A DNA stretch of 64,000 nt from Carcharhinus longimanus (lineage: Eukaryota), in NCBI GenBank assembly GCA_030264375.1, contig JASCQW010000061.1, forward strand, positions 113,011,434 through 113,075,433, given 5' to 3'. The stretch's first letter is position 1. Each line of letters begins with the position of its first letter. This document shows, piece after piece, positions 23,676 to 37,268 of the stretch. The position numbers and the translations under genes were made by a program. The notes below the pieces were generated by a model. That model was not told the origin of the DNA. It was given only the letters and a program-made list of their open reading frames with translations, and searched no databases.

Positions 23676-23837
23676 TGGCTACCTTTAAAATGTATTGTCA
23701 ATTTTTTTTTAAAAACAAAGCAGGAACAAAGGACTAGATCATGGCAGCACATTTTTTAAGCCCTGTTGACATGTTTAAAGTTCTTGTTTTATACCACTAA
23801 TGGCATACTAGTTTGCAGAAGATTATTGGAAGGCAAT

Positions 23838-24100
23838 AGGCTAGTGGTGTTATTGCTAGACTATTAATCCAGAAATTCAGCTAAAGTTCTGGGAAGTGGG
23901 TTTGAATCCTGCAATAAAAGCTGGTAATTTCATTTCAATTAAAAAGTACCCGGAACTAAGAAGCTACTGATGACCATGAAATCATTATCGATTATTGGAA
24001 AAACCCATCCAGTTCATTAATGTCCTTTAGGGAACAAAATCTGCCATACTTACCGCTTTGACCTATGTGTAACTCCGGGTCAACGTGGTTGACTCTGAGG
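23838..24100 (+). mobile_element. tRNA-derived SINE (second family)
   Basis: ggctagtggtgttattgctagactattaatccaga...gggtttgaatcc...aaaacccatccagttcattaatgtcctttaggga. Confidence 0.7.
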
Positions 24101-24809
24101 AAAATTGGGAATATTATCTGGGAAGCTGTTAATCTTGCGGCTGATGGTGTAAAGCAATGTCAGCAGAAGGATGGAAGTGGAGGGTGTGTAAGTCCTACAA
24201 GACATGGTGTACCTATAAACAACATTGGTATAGAGCCAAAAGGACACAAATCTCTGCCCAAGCAATGTGGCACTCAGCACAACAGGAGGACTGCACTACG
24301 ATGGCAGGTAAGCCTTGTCTATTGCACTCTTCCTTGGTCTCAAGTAAACTGAAGTGTACCTTGTGCACACCAATTTTTTTCAAATGGGTTTAAGGTTGAT
24401 GCGATTTCCAACTGGCTTAACACAAGATTGGAAGATGTAGGGAAACTCCAGCAGTGATTTTAATATTTATGAGATGCAAACGAATGCAAAAATGACACAC
24501 ATGCCAACAGGCAGCAAGATAACTGACTCTGGGAGAATTGCAACCTATTGTTATGCTGACAGGTTTCCAATCTTTTGGCTCCAGCTAGATTCTCCCCTCT
24601 GAGCAGACACGAAACCCACGACGAGCAGAATGGGAGAATTCCACCCAATGTCTCTTTTTATAGTAAAACTCAAGTTCTGTTGGACTAATTTAAATCAATT
24701 ACCTTCACTTAATTCACATGTTAAATTTGTCCCACATACAATTTTATTTTGGAGTAGAATATTCGAGTTCTTAAAACAGTTTGCCAAGCTTTATTTTAAA
24801 TAGGAACAG

Positions 24810-25085
24810 AGGAAGGCCAAAATTCTCTTGATCATGTTCCACCACTGAATTAAATCATGGTTGAACTGCATCTTAATTCCATAACTCACAGGAAAACAGA
24901 TTCAATTCTGGTGAATCTGCACTGCATCCCTTAAAGACTAATATATCTTTCCCAAGTTATGGTACACAGAGCCGAATGCAGTGCAATAGGTGGTATTTAA
25001 CCAGCGTCCTATAAAGTTATAATGTAGCTGCTACCACTTATTCCAATCATCTTGAAGTAAAGGTCAACACTCCATTAGCTCTTAA
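24810..25085 (-). mobile_element. Old CR1 fragment
   Basis: ttctggtgaatctgcactgcatccc...gaatgcagtgcaataggtggtatttaacc is the reverse complement of the RPHLEYC region. Confidence 0.55.
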
Positions 25086-25342
25086 TTATTTTTGTGCCAG
25101 CATTAACACTTTATAGAATGCACCGCCTGAAAGCGTGGTGGAAACGTTTTCAATTGTGACTTTTGAAAGGTGAGCACCTGAAGAGGAAAAAAATGTACAG
25201 CTGCAGGAAAAATATATGGGAATGGAATTAACTAAACTGCTTGTGCAGAAATGGCACGGACCTTTACAGGCCAAATGACTTGGATGTTTGCTGTAGCCAT
25301 TCTCATAAAATCATATTCTATAGCATGTATAGTTTAAATTAC

Positions 25343-25591
25343 CTGAATTTTAGCAAGCAACTCCTCCTGCTTTTTCAGATTTTGTTGCACACTCTCGGTG
25401 TGACCTCCATAAAAATGATCAAGTTCAGCCACCGAGATAGCCTCCTCATTTATGGCACCATCCTGAGCCAATGCTGTCAGAAACTTATTTGTCATGTCAA
25501 ACTGTAATGACTTGATGTCATTCTCAAAAGTTTCTCTCTCCTTCTTGACTTCATTTAAAGAAGCGAGAAGTGTCTTCAGGAGCATAACAAC
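25343..25591 (-). CDS. PDCD6IP: ALIX exon 13
   Basis: VVMLLKTLLASLNEVKKERETFENDIKSLQFDMTNKFLTALAQDGAINEEAISVAELDHFYGGHTESVQQNLKKQEELLAKIQ; 249 bp. Confidence 0.97.
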
Positions 25592-26324
25592 CTAAAGAAT
25601 ATCAGGGAAGTCAACTGTCAAAAGTAGTTCAAATAATTCAACGTCTTTAAGCTATTATAAACAAAACAATGTTTTTCCCTGCATATGAAACTGATCTGAT
25701 GAAGCAATCCGAAGTCAATTCATTTCCAGACATTCAACTTACACAGAAAAAAAAGACAGGTACAGTTTCAAAGTCAGCCAAACCAAAAATACAGAATAAC
25801 ATTTTTATTTCAAAGTTTTCAAACCATCAACTCCCATCAACTGCAGGGGTTCCATTGCTGCAAAATCTCTCAAGGAGCAAAATTGCCAAAGGTGAACCTG
25901 CGCACGTGCAGAAATCATACCATGTGGGAAAGGTGAGAATACATAGGTTCACACCACACGTGGAAAGAAGTCACCGTAAAAGCCGTATTGTAGCAAAAAG
26001 CCAAATGGTCCACTTTAGACTTCAGGTAAAGGACCGGTCACGACGCAACTCCAGTCCCACATCTGAAGCTGCTCAAACTGTTTGCAGAGCAACTACAGGT
26101 GAAGAAATGAACACTTCCTTTGTTATACTGTCAACAATTCAATTAATAAATTAAAAATACATTTTCATTTCATTCCATAGCTTCATAGATCAAAGACAGG
26201 GCTAAAATACTGTTAACTCTGTAGTACTGAGAAGCTCAGATGCATAGCCAGTAAGGACCCTAAGTTTATTTACGTTTCTGTGGTTAGGTAACCCACATCA
26301 ACCAAGAAGAGACTGATATATATT

Positions 26325-27278
26325 ACAATCAGTACTGGAACCTTTGCTGTTTGTAATATATAAGTGATTTTTAGGAAAAGTAATTGGTTTGACTAGTAAG
26401 CTTGTGAATGACATAAAAATGGGTGGATTTGCAAATAGTGATGAGGACCGTCAGAGGTTAGAGCAGGACATAGATTGGTTGGATACTTGGGCGGAGAAAT
26501 GGCAGATGAAGTTTAATCTGAGCTAATGTGAGGTAACGCATTTTGGAAGGTATAATACATATAGGAATATACAGTAAATGGCAGAATCCTTAAGAGTATT
26601 TTTAGGCAAAGGGATCTGGGTATACAGGTAACAGGTCACTGAAAGTGGCAACGCAGGGGAGAAGGTAGGCAAGGCGGCATACGGCATGCTTAACTTCATC
26701 AGCCAGGGCATCGAGTTTCAAAATTGTCAAGTCATGTTGCAGCTTTATTAGAATCTTACTTAGGCTGCACTTGAAATATAGTGTTCAATTCTGGTTGCCA
26801 CACTACAGAAGGATACGGAGGCTTTGGAGAGAGTGCAGAAAAGATTTACCAGGATGTTGCCTGGCATGGAGGACATTACCTATGGAGGTTGGAGAAACTT
26901 GGTTCGTTCTCACTGGAATAACAGAGGTTGAGGGGCAACCTGATAGAAGTCTCCATGATTATAAGAAGCTTTTTTTAGGGTGTAAGAGTCAATTACACCC
27001 TTAAAAAAAAGAGGCATAGGTTTAAGGCGTGAGGGGCAAGGTTTAAAGGAAATATACGAGGCAAGTTTGTTTTTTTTTACACTGAGGGTGGTGGGTGCCT
27101 GGAACATGCCTCCAAGGGAGGTAGTGCAGCAGATATGATAGTGACACTTAAGGGGCATCTTGACAAAAACATGAATAGGATGAGAAGAGGGATATAGTTC
27201 AGTCAGGCAGCAGTTGGTGCAGGCTTGGAGGGCTGAAGGAAGGGTCTGTAACTGTGCTGTAATTTTCTTTGTTCTTTG
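26325..27278 (+). mobile_element. CR1 LINE 3' portion
   Basis: LKYSVQFWLPHYRR, gcagaaaagatttaccaggatg, tail ctgtgctgtaattttctttgttctttg. Confidence 0.9.
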
Positions 27279-27557
27279 AGAGAATGGGGTTCTAAAATTG
27301 TCAGTATTCCAGTGTGAATCTTGGACATTTTAATGTGATTATCCAAGAATTAAATAGCCACCTGAAATTGTCAATGTTCACAGGAATAGCAGCCATTTAA
27401 CATTTAAAGCACCAACACAACTTTACTTATGCAAGGAACTGGAAGGGGAAAAAATCTGCTAACAGGTTACACAACTCTACAGTCTCATTTCCATTTTATG
27501 GCATATTTTTGCTCTCAAAACATGAGGATTGAGGGCAAACAGCAGGTCTTACTTTAC

Positions 27558-27727
27558 CTCACTGCCTTGAAGGGACTTGGTAGGATTTCCAGACGGTATG
27601 GCAGCATTCAACTCTGCTTCAGGTTTACAGAGCAGTGAAATAATTTCTCTATGAGATGCATAACGGTCTCTGACCACTTTATCTGCTTGGATGGCTCGGT
27701 CCAGAGTATTTTTGAAATTAGCTCCCT
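27558..27727 (-). CDS. PDCD6IP: ALIX exon 12
   Basis: EGANFKNTLDRAIQADKVVRDRYASHREIISLLCKPEAELNAAIPSGNPTKSLQGSE; 170 bp; AAAG acceptor, GTAAAG donor. Confidence 0.95.
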
Positions 27728-28679
27728 CTTTGAAAAAGAACACAATTATTTCAAATTTTCAGCATCATCTTTTCAGAGTAGTAAAGTCTGTTTGTTTGGT
27801 TCACCCCAAAACCACTTAGTAGACTTCTTTCTCCAACTGACAAACTAAAGAAGCAACACCCACAATGCAGATAGCCAAAAAAAAGTTTTAAAAACCAAGA
27901 GCATTAAGCCAGCAATAGGCGAGTCAAACTAGGTTTTGAGGATGTGGAATTAATGAGTCAGGTTTGGCACCAATACCAGGATTTCAACACAATGGACAGA
28001 ATAATCTCACAGGATTTGATTCAAAATATCTTGAAATTCACTCACTATGGTAGCATTGATAAAGTGGAGATATAAAGATTGTAATGGTGAAAGATTTGCT
28101 AGTCCAAAAAATTTCTACTCAATCTGGCAGTGACAAGTGCCTGAAGAAGCTTTCTAGACATTTCAGAAGTACTGAAGCTTTTGATTAATTTGAATGTTAT
28201 TGCACATGATTACTTGAAGGCAATTCAGTATGTATTTTCCCATCAAAAGGGAAATCAAGTTCAAGGAAGGTAACTCGAACACACAGATAAAAAGTTCCAG
28301 CTGTAGGCACAGGGTATAATGAAGACAAAGTCATTTGTGGATTATGGAAGACAAAAAGGAAACCACATTCTTAAGTAGCTATCAGTTTGATCAGTAGAGA
28401 AAATGAGCAGCCAACGGAAATTTAAAAACCTTTTGGCCAATTTAAAATCACAGGGGAGATTTAAGGTGTATGCACTCAGCAATTCACTGAGCAAAACAAT
28501 GCACTACTTTAATAGATAGTAGATAAGAAAATTGTGTTAGATTAGCATTGAAGGCTTAATGAGGACAGCAACAGAAATCTCATGTCTGATGAGGGAATCT
28601 GCTCAGTTAACTAGCTTTATGTCATACAAGTGTAAATTTTAAACTTCTCTTTTTTCAAATTAATAATAGCCATGTCTTA

Positions 28680-29095
28680 TCATAGAAATCATAGAATGTC
28701 CACAGTGTAGAAGGCTGCCATTCAGTCCATTGAGTCTGCANNNNNNNNNNNNNNNNNNNNNNNNNNNNNNNNNNNNNNNNNNNNNNNNNNNNNNNNNNNN
28801 NNNNNNNNNNNNNNNNNNNNNNNNNNNNNNNNNNNNNNNNCACCAACCACAATCCCACCCAGGCCCTATTCCTGTAACCCCACACTATTTACCTTGCAAA
28901 TCCCCCTGAAACGAGGGTCACTTTAGCACGGCCAATCCACCTAACTTGCACATCTTTGGAATGTGGGAGGAAACCAGAACACCCGGAGGAACCCATGCAG
29001 ACATAGGGAGAACATGCAAACTCCGCACAGTGACCCGAGTCCGGAATTGAACCTGGGTCCCTGGAGCTGAGGCAGCAGTGCTAGCCACTGTGCCT
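28680..29095 (-). mobile_element. V-SINE (HE1-like) spanning a gap
   Basis: Reverse complement gives gcacagtggctagcactgctgcctcagctccagggacccaggttcaattcc...gagtttgcatgttctccc... Confidence 0.88.
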
Positions 29096-29229
29096 CATTA
29101 ATGTTTTTCTGTTGATTGTAGACTTTACTTTTAAAATAAATATAAACTGAAAATGCTTGAAAACTAAGTAGGTAATGCAGCATCCATGCAGATAGGGTAT
29201 GGGGGTAACTGACAAGTGGACCAGGGTGT

Positions 29230-29430
29230 TTCGAAGTGCCCTCAGACTTCTGAGAGGAGGGGAGAGGAAACTGTGTTTGGAACACATGCTTCCCAGTCCT
29301 CCTAACGAGACCTTCCCATGCAAGAACACGCGGTGTAACATCTACCCTTTTACAACCTCCGCCATCACCATCCAAGACTGAAGTATTCCCTCCAGCTGAA
29401 ATAGTGATTTACGTGTATCGCTATAATTTT
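29230..29430 (+). mobile_element. Penelope-like ORF fragment (pre-endonuclease linker)
   Basis: TFPCKNTRCNIYPFTTSAITIQ resembles the PLE CxxxRCxTC linker. Confidence 0.5.
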
Positions 29431-30772
29431 GAAGACAGCAAGTCCTGTTTAACATTGCTTTGACATTGGTAAGTTAACGGGTCTGTAATCTCATTGAGCA
29501 CCAAGAGATTGCTTTCCAAGTCATTGCCCACATACATTGTTGATTACATATTGGAGTGGCATCTACTATGTTAGCACTCGGTAGCCTTCTGGACTCAACA
29601 CGGAGCTGAGCAACTAATTTGTGCCAAGATTTTGTTTTGTTTTCCTTGCATGTTTTCTCTTAACCTTGCTTCCTTTCTGTTTTGGCTCTCAAGTGGCAGC
29701 AATCCTTTAACCTGTTTTTTTCTCCAAATGCTGCCTGACCTGCTGAGTATTTCCAGCACTTCCTGTTTTTATTTCAGATTTTCAACAACCACAGAATTTT
29801 ACTTCTGTTTTAATATTAATATCAGACAGCAATTGTGCAAAACATACATATTAGGTGAAGGATAATTTCAATTTACAGCAATGTTTATAATTTTAAAAAG
29901 CATCAATTTAAGTCAAAGAAGGATATGCTGTGTGACTTCACTGGGATGAACATATTCAAGGATCAAGAGGTAAAAGATACATCATCAGAAAATGTTGCTG
30001 TGAAAAATATCAAACACAAACTGCATAGGATGGTGTAGCAATGCGAATGATCAGATACTAAAAAGTAAAGAAGCAAAACTTATTAGTCACAAGTAAGGCT
30101 TACATTTACACGGCAATGAAGATCTGTGAAATTCCTCTAGTCACCACAAGCTGGCACCTGTTCGGATCAATGCACCTAACCAGCACATCTTACTGACCTA
30201 TCTGATGTCTTATTTTAATTTCTTCAGTTTTGTCATTGGATTGCACTTCAGCTTTATGGCCACCCTTGCCCCAAAACAGCATTGTGGTCAGTCATAAAAA
30301 TCAAAACATTTAGTTAGTTTTAAGTCTGGTCATCATTAGGCTTCATGTATAAATGGGAGACATTTTTAATTTCATTCATGTGTAAAACAATGCAGTGGTA
30401 ACCATAGAAATTTACAAATGGTGCTGTAAACAAACACATGTAGTGATTTTCAACACTTCCACGCTCAAGAGACAACCCAAAGACATCCAAAGTCTTGAAT
30501 CATGGCATTTCTTCCAGAATGGGCCTACTGCAAACTTATTGTAGAGTAAGAAAATGCATACAGCCCCCTAATTTTACGAGGAACCAGTGTTATATTATCA
30601 ATGACCATGCAAATACTGTCAGAGCCCACAAATAGCAAAATTAGGGAGGGAAGATCAGTTTCAACAGCTAAACTCTAAAGGGCAGAAACTCCAGCAGTAA
30701 ATGTTAAACATTGTTACGGGCACGCTGGAACAGATTTAAAATTAAAAGTGTTACTCGAGGATGTTTTCTTAC

Positions 30773-30884
30773 CTGTTCTTAGAGGTTTGTACAGTTCATT
30801 TGAAGGCGTCCTTTTCCACCGCTCTTTAAATTTTGCTTTCAGTTCATTATCAGTGACTTCCTCTTGATCAAGTACTTTCAGTGC
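30773..30884 (-). CDS. PDCD6IP: ALIX exon 11
   Basis: ALKVLDQEEVTDNELKAKFKERWKRTPSNELYKPLRT; 112 bp; AG/GT flanks. Confidence 0.96.
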
Positions 30885-31238
30885 CTAAAGATAAAAAAAA
30901 CTCCAATATAAAATTTAGTACTGCAGCAAGCACCGTTCTATGAGCCACAAAAGGCTACAAATTATTTTTGGAAGAAAACAAGATTCCTTTGTCAGCTATT
31001 ACAATGGGGGAAATTAAACTGTTCAAGTTACATTAAACCAACAAAAAGTGCAAGTGGGTTATTTGATGAGGCTATCTTGCAACACAAACCCCATTTATTT
31101 TACAGAACATTAAAAAAGTTTATGCATACTAATTAACAAGATACCCACATTCACAAAGTGACCATCTCTTAACTGGGGTTAACATTTCAAAAGAAAGCAC
31201 AAAACAAAGCAGAGAGATGGTAGGAAAAAACAGATTAC

Positions 31239-31416
31239 CTCATCCAGAATTTCTCTGTTTCTTTGCAGAAGTTCTGGAAGATCCCTCATAAGTTGATCTA
31301 TTGTCTGCACACCACCCTGCTGAATAACAACTTTGGACTTCTCCAAAATAGACCCAGGAATGGTGTCACCAGAAACATCCTCTATGGCAGCTGGCAGATT
31401 CAAGGAAGCCAGCACA
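31239..31416 (-). CDS. PDCD6IP: ALIX exon 10 (V domain)
   Basis: VLASLNLPAAIEDVSGDTIPGSILEKSKVVIQQGGVQTIDQLMRDLPELLQRNREILDE; 178 bp. Confidence 0.98.
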
Positions 31417-31584
31417 CTGAAAGATGAAATTAAACATAACTATAATACAATTATCTATTGCTACTCTGTCATCTCTCCTCTGATATGCAAAAATACCTGG
31501 AATAAATCTAATGGTCTTTCTCTTGCTCATTGGTGAAGGTTCCCCACTTATGCTTTCATAAGCGAACCAGAAGTGTATTTCTTC

Positions 31585-32222
31585 TAAGGTGAATGCGGCA
31601 AGGTTTAAAGGAGATGTACGAGGCAGATTTTTCTTTTAACAGAGTAGTGGGTGCCTGGAACTCATTGCTGGGGGAGGTAGTGGAAGCAGATACGGTAGTG
31701 ACATTTAATGGGCGTCTTGACAAGTANNNNNNNNNNNNNNNNNNNNNNNNNNNNNNNNNNNNNNNNNNNNNNNNNNNNNNNNNNNNNNNNNNNNNNNNNN
31801 NNNNNNNNNNNNNNNNNNNNNNNNNNNNNGCTGTAATTTTCTTTGCTCTGTGTGACAGAAGCCTATAAATTAATGAGGGGCATAGATCAGCTAGACAATA
31901 TCTTTTCCCAAAGGTAGGGGGGTCCAAAACTAGAGGACATAGGTTTAAGGTGAGAGGGGAGATACAAAAGGGTCCAGAGGGACAAATTTTTCCACAGAGG
32001 GTAGTCAGTGTCTGGAACAAGCTACCAGAGGTAGTAGCAGAGATTGGTACAATTTTGTCTTTTAAAAAGCGTTTAGACAGTTACATAAGTAAAATAGCCA
32101 TCGAGGGATATGGGCCAAATGCAGGCAATTGGGACTAGCTTAGCCATTAAAAAAAAGGGTGGCATGAGTTGGGCCAAAGGGTCTGTTTCAATGCTGTAAA
32201 CCTCTATGAATCTATGATTCTA
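31585..32222 (+). mobile_element. Two adjacent CR1 3' ends of different subfamilies
   Basis: RVVGAWNSLLGEVVEA (like 26325-27278) then QRVVSVWNKLPEVVAE (like 8650-9257), each with its own tail. Confidence 0.88.
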
Positions 32223-32433
32223 AGTACAATATTGTTAAACTTGACTGGGAGAAAAAAAAAAATCATGTAATTAACAATGCCATCATCATACAGAACTATC
32301 TTATTTGTGAACAGCTTGTGCTCTTCTGTCTAAAGTAAAGGAAACCACAAACATATCAGTATGTAGTACAAAGTGCACTGTGTAAAGAATGTGATTTGGG
32401 CATTAATAACTGAACTGGAGGTTTCTAACTTAC

Positions 32434-32557
32434 CCATTGGCTAGATTTGTGGATTCTCTCATTTGTGCTATCAGTCTGTTCACCAGGTCAGCCCTTCTCT
32501 GATTATACATACTCAGAGCTTGCTGCACTGCCAAAGGAACCATCTTCGCAAAGAGAT
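32434..32557 (-). CDS. PDCD6IP: ALIX exon 9 (Bro1/V-domain junction)
   Basis: DLFAKMVPLAVQQALSMYNQRRADLVNRLIAQMRESTNLANG; 124 bp; AG/GT flanks. Confidence 0.96.
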
Positions 32558-33659
32558 CTAAATGTGAAAGTTAGTTTTTAAAAACGTGTTCTTCATAATT
32601 CATCCATTGCAACTGCTTGTGTAAAAATAGGCAATAACACTTCTATTTCATCCCCATCTGAAAACATTACTTGAATATTTTTGGGGTGAATGAAAATTTG
32701 TTGCTTAAGGAGTACGTTCTCAAAAATGATGTGCTAAAATTGCAGATGATGTTTAAATGAACATTATTTACATAGCTGGAATTAATTTCACTGCTGTAAG
32801 GATAAGTAATCAATGCAATTTAAAAACCAGTGCAAAATCTTCAAACAAGCTAAGCACCGAAACAAAAACCAAACACGCCTACTACCTTACGACACATTTC
32901 ACGTTTTAATAACTGAACAGAAGCATATTAAAAATCAATCTGGCAGAAGACTACCAGTGAGCATCGCTTCAGTAATTGTTTTGCTTTCTTATTCTTCAAA
33001 CGTGCACAGTGCTAAGAATGCCACAAACATTTCCCAGACAAGTTGCTTCAAAGTGGTGGTGGTCTACTTCTCTCAACTGTTGCATTTCTTGTGATGATGC
33101 TCCTCACCACAGCATTAGGTGGGAAATTTCAGGATTTTGTCCCAGTGATGATATTTACCACTTCTCTTTTGAGTGTTTAAATTGGGACTAATTTAGGAGG
33201 ACAATGTGTCAATATTGGTGTTCACATGAATGCTGCCCAGGTTGTCCTGATTTCGGTGGGTATTACGTCTAGTGGTGATATTCAGTTCAATGCCATGGGG
33301 ATAAATGAACTGGGCCACAATATCCTGGATGGTATTGAGCTTCCTTAGTGTTGATGCAGCGACACGCATCGAGACAAATAGCTACAGAATTCTGCTCACA
33401 TCCATTGGTTGATGGTCTGCTCAACCCTGCCTGCTTTTAGTTATCTTCATGCAGTTACTTTGTGCTGTTGCCTCAATAGGTTGCCAAAATATTCCAAGGA
33501 CTTTAATGCTGCTCTGATACAGGTGTTATGTCTTGATTTTTGTCTTTTCCAATTCATCTGGAAATGAGACTTTCTGGTCCTGCGATTTAATCCTTCGTCC
33601 ACTTCTTTTCAGATTCAGGGCCACTCCCCAAATTAGCACAAATGAAGCTTTTTTTAAAA

Positions 33660-35490
33660 AAAAAATCATTTATGGGATATAGCTGTTGTTGACAAAGCCA
33701 GCATTTACCACCCATCTCAAATTACCCAAAGTAATGAGCTGCTTCTGCAAACAGCTGTAGACAGTGCAAAAAAGATACACCCTCAATGCTGTAGGGAAGG
33801 AACTCCAGGATTTTGAATCAGTTGAGCTTCAAGGAATTTTCAGAACAGGAGAATGGGAGACTTGGAAGGGAGCTTGAAGGTGGTGGTGTTTTAATATCCT
33901 TGTGTCCCGGTTTTCGTCAGGCTTGTTTGGAAAGAGGTATCAAAGAAGCACTGGCAACAATGCTGCACCGACAGTGGATACTTAGGAAATGTTCAAGATG
34001 GGGTGCTGATCAATCTGCTTTGTTCTGAACAGTGTCAAGTTCCTCAAATGTTGTTGGAGCTGCACTCATCCAAGCAAATATAGCAAACTTCATCACACTC
34101 TTGACTTCGGTTGTGGAATTGAGACTTTAGGGAATTGAGATCCTCACCGCCGAATTCCCTGCCTCTAACCTCCTCTGGTCACCACAGCACTAGTATGACT
34201 GGGGCGAGTTAAATTTCTGGTCAATGGTGACCCCCCCAGGATGTTAATGGTGCAGGATTCAGTGCTAGTAAAAGCATTGAATGTCATGGGAATGTCACTT
34301 GCTTGGCACTTGTATAGTGTATGTTACTTGCCACTTATCAGCCTAAGCTTGAATATTATCTAGGCTTTTTTGCAAGTGGTTACAAACTGCTACATAGCTG
34401 ACGAGTTATGTTTGGAACTGATGGACTGAACTTTTCGGACCTTAGATCATTGTTAAAGCAGCTAAAGGTGCATGAGCTGAGGACATTATTGAAGAACTCC
34501 TGCAGCAACGCCCTGGGGCTGAGATAAATGGTCTCAAACAATAACATCCATCTTCCTTTCAACTCCCTCAACCACCCACAATTCACATTGAATTTAATTT
34601 TGCTCTGATTTGTTCATGTCATCTGGTTAAATGCTGCCATGGGTTAACAGTAGTCACTCCTTGCAGTAAGGTCTCAAGACAACTAATCCAGGCAGAGCCC
34701 AAACTGAAGAACTGTGGTGAGTTTATTCCGTGAATGGGTGTCATTTCAGGGCAGTGACTACAATACCTTTCATCACTTTACCTACGATTAAGATTAAACT
34801 GACTTGGCAGCAATTGACCACAGGAGATGACCTGATCTTTGCGGACAGGCCATATCTGGGGAATTTTTCACGTTGTTGGTTAAATGCCAGTACTTTAACT
34901 GTACCAAAATAGCTTGGCTCAGAGCATCGGTGGTTCCAATGTACAAGTCTTCAGCACCACAGCTTGGATGTTCTCAGGGGTCATTGCCTTTGTTGTATCC
35001 AGTACATTCAGCTGCTACTTGATATCATGTTAGGTGAATCAAATTGGCTGAAGACTAGCACCTATGGGAGTCTGAGGAGGGTAATCACTCAGCACCTTGC
35101 GGCTCAAACAAAAACAGAAAATGCTGGAAAATCTCAGAACTCTGACAGCATCCATGGTGAGAGAAAACAGAGCTAATGTTTCAAGTCTGGACGTCAGACT
35201 TGAAATGTTAGTGCTGTTCTCTCTCCACAGATGCTGTCAGACCTGCTGAGATTTTTTTTAAAGCATTTTCTATTTTTGTTTCAGATTCCAGCATCAGCAG
35301 TAATCCGCTTTTACATTCTGGCTGAAAACTGCAAATGTTTCAACCTTGTCTCCTGCACTCAGATAATGGGCTCCACCATTATCATAGATGATGCTCATGA
35401 AACTTTCTCCTCCAGTTATTTATTTAACTGTCTACCATCAAAAATGTCGAGATGTTGCAGGATCACAATGCTGTGGTCTGACTTATTGGT
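33660..35490 (-). mobile_element. Old copy of the second LINE family
   Basis: Colinear with 11445-13200 (atgttacttgccacttatcagcc, cattgcctttg, gaatcaaattggctg); contains a foldback insert. Confidence 0.75.
35106..35281. repeat. Foldback (~85-bp inverted arms) derived from Penelope-like termini
   Basis: aaacaaaaacagaaaatgctgg...tttcaagtctg gacgt cagacttgaaa...agcattttctatttttgttt. Confidence 0.75.
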
Positions 35491-35666
35491 TGTGGGGGAC
35501 CTCTTTTTACAAATGAAACCAAGGACCCTTTTAGCTTAAAACATCAATAGTCATCAAGTACAAAAAATTCAAGATTGGTTTCAGAATGCAGATTTCTGAA
35601 GGGCAGAAAGCTGATGATATTTCCTGCCACAAAAGCCAAATGTGGTTTCTCTCACTATGAGCTTAC

Positions 35667-35889
35667 CATTGAATTTCTGGCTCAAGGGGACACTGACAGG
35701 AGTGGGCTTCACCAATGTGGCTTTTCCTACTGGCTCCAAATCTTTCACATCAGGTACACGGTCATGGTAAATGAAGTCATTATCCTTTTTCGCGGCAGTT
35801 AACGCCCGAGCGATTTTGTCCGACAGGTCCTTCACATTGATATACTCATCATACCGAGAGGCAACTGTCTTCACCAAATCAGATGCATG
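35667..35889 (-). CDS. PDCD6IP: ALIX exon 8 (KDNDFIY patch)
   Basis: HASDLVKTVASRYDEYINVKDLSDKIARALTAAKKDNDFIYHDRVPDVKDLEPVGKATLVKPTPVSVPLSQKFN; 223 bp; AG/GT flanks. Confidence 0.98.
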
Positions 35890-37268
35890 CTGAGTTACAA
35901 AAATAGAAAATCATGAGTTCATCTATTCATGAATAGCTAAAACCAGAAGTTTTGAATCTTAGTGTTCAAAGTCTTTTACCTTTAATTTTCAGAGAAAGGG
36001 AAGCAATTAAGCTTTGGCAATCTGCAAAGTTATCATTCAAATTCATCAAATACAATTTTAAAACTCTGGTATTGAAGCTTTATTGTATGGAATTGAAAAT
36101 CACAGATTTAATTATTCTGTATTATGTTGTAATGTATTTACACAGAACCCAAGCTATATATAGTGCAGACCCAATGAACAGGATATTTACCCAGGATGTA
36201 CATCCAATCAAGAGTATGCACCATCTAATTTTACACCAGTGATAAAAGAGCCGCCTGGAGTAGTCAACCATGTTGTATTCTAGAATGTGGTTGAGAAAGA
36301 TGAGGAGCAATAATGCACAACAGTCACAAATCATTTGTGACTTTAATCAGGCTAATTTCAATACTGTAGTAATGCAGAAACTTGGAGTTAGAAGATAGAT
36401 GGATTCGGATGGCATCAACACCCTCAAGAGCCAGGGGTGTTTTTGAGAAGCAAGATGACTAAAGCGTTTGGATTCTCAGATAATCACAGATTAGTGAGAA
36501 GTTTTAGCAAGGAGCAATTTGGCCCAATTTTCTTTGATGCATTCCAAACTTGGTGGTAAATCAGTTGAGTGCTAACTAGTTCAAAATTTTCTCCTTTGGA
36601 CTTAAGAAACTGAAGATGGGACCACACCAGATAAAATGACCAGGGTCAGAGGGAACAAGTGGCAAAGGAAGAATGTGATTGAGCAGGCTGATAGCTGCAA
36701 AAACATAATGGAGAGGGGGTCAAGGGTCAGTTTTCAAGTGCTGCTCCAAGTCACTGGTGAGATATTTTTTTCCCTGTGACAGACAGAGGCTTACAAGAAG
36801 TGATCACAGGTGGCTCTGTAACGAGACAGTAGATTTCTAGGGAAAAGTAACACATAATGGCATAATTAAGGAAATGGCCATTAATTTGAGGTCAGGAGCT
36901 TTTAAATAATAGCAAATGAAAAGATCCTTCAATTGATGAGACACATCAAAACTTAACCATAAGCATTTCATACCAGGTTTGCAAGCATTTACTAGAAGAT
37001 TGCACGCTGCAGACAGCAATTAAAACAGAATAGTACTTCTGTTAGATAACAGTTTTTGGGCATATAATTTAAATATTCTGTCAAAATCTTTGCAACTATA
37101 AATTCCAGCTAATCTGTACAGCCCAAATGCATTTCATAATTGGGCCCATGGTATCACGATAAATAATATCTCCATAACTATTATAATGGCACCTTGAGGT
37201 GAACTAAAACTTTCTTTTTGAAAGGAAAAGAACGAACAATGCATTCATGGTGTTTATAGAAGGCTTAC

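Noticed and set aside
25669-26154. 161-aa plus-strand ORF antisense in intron 12
   Set aside because: No recognisable domain or splice context; probably chance or repeat-derived
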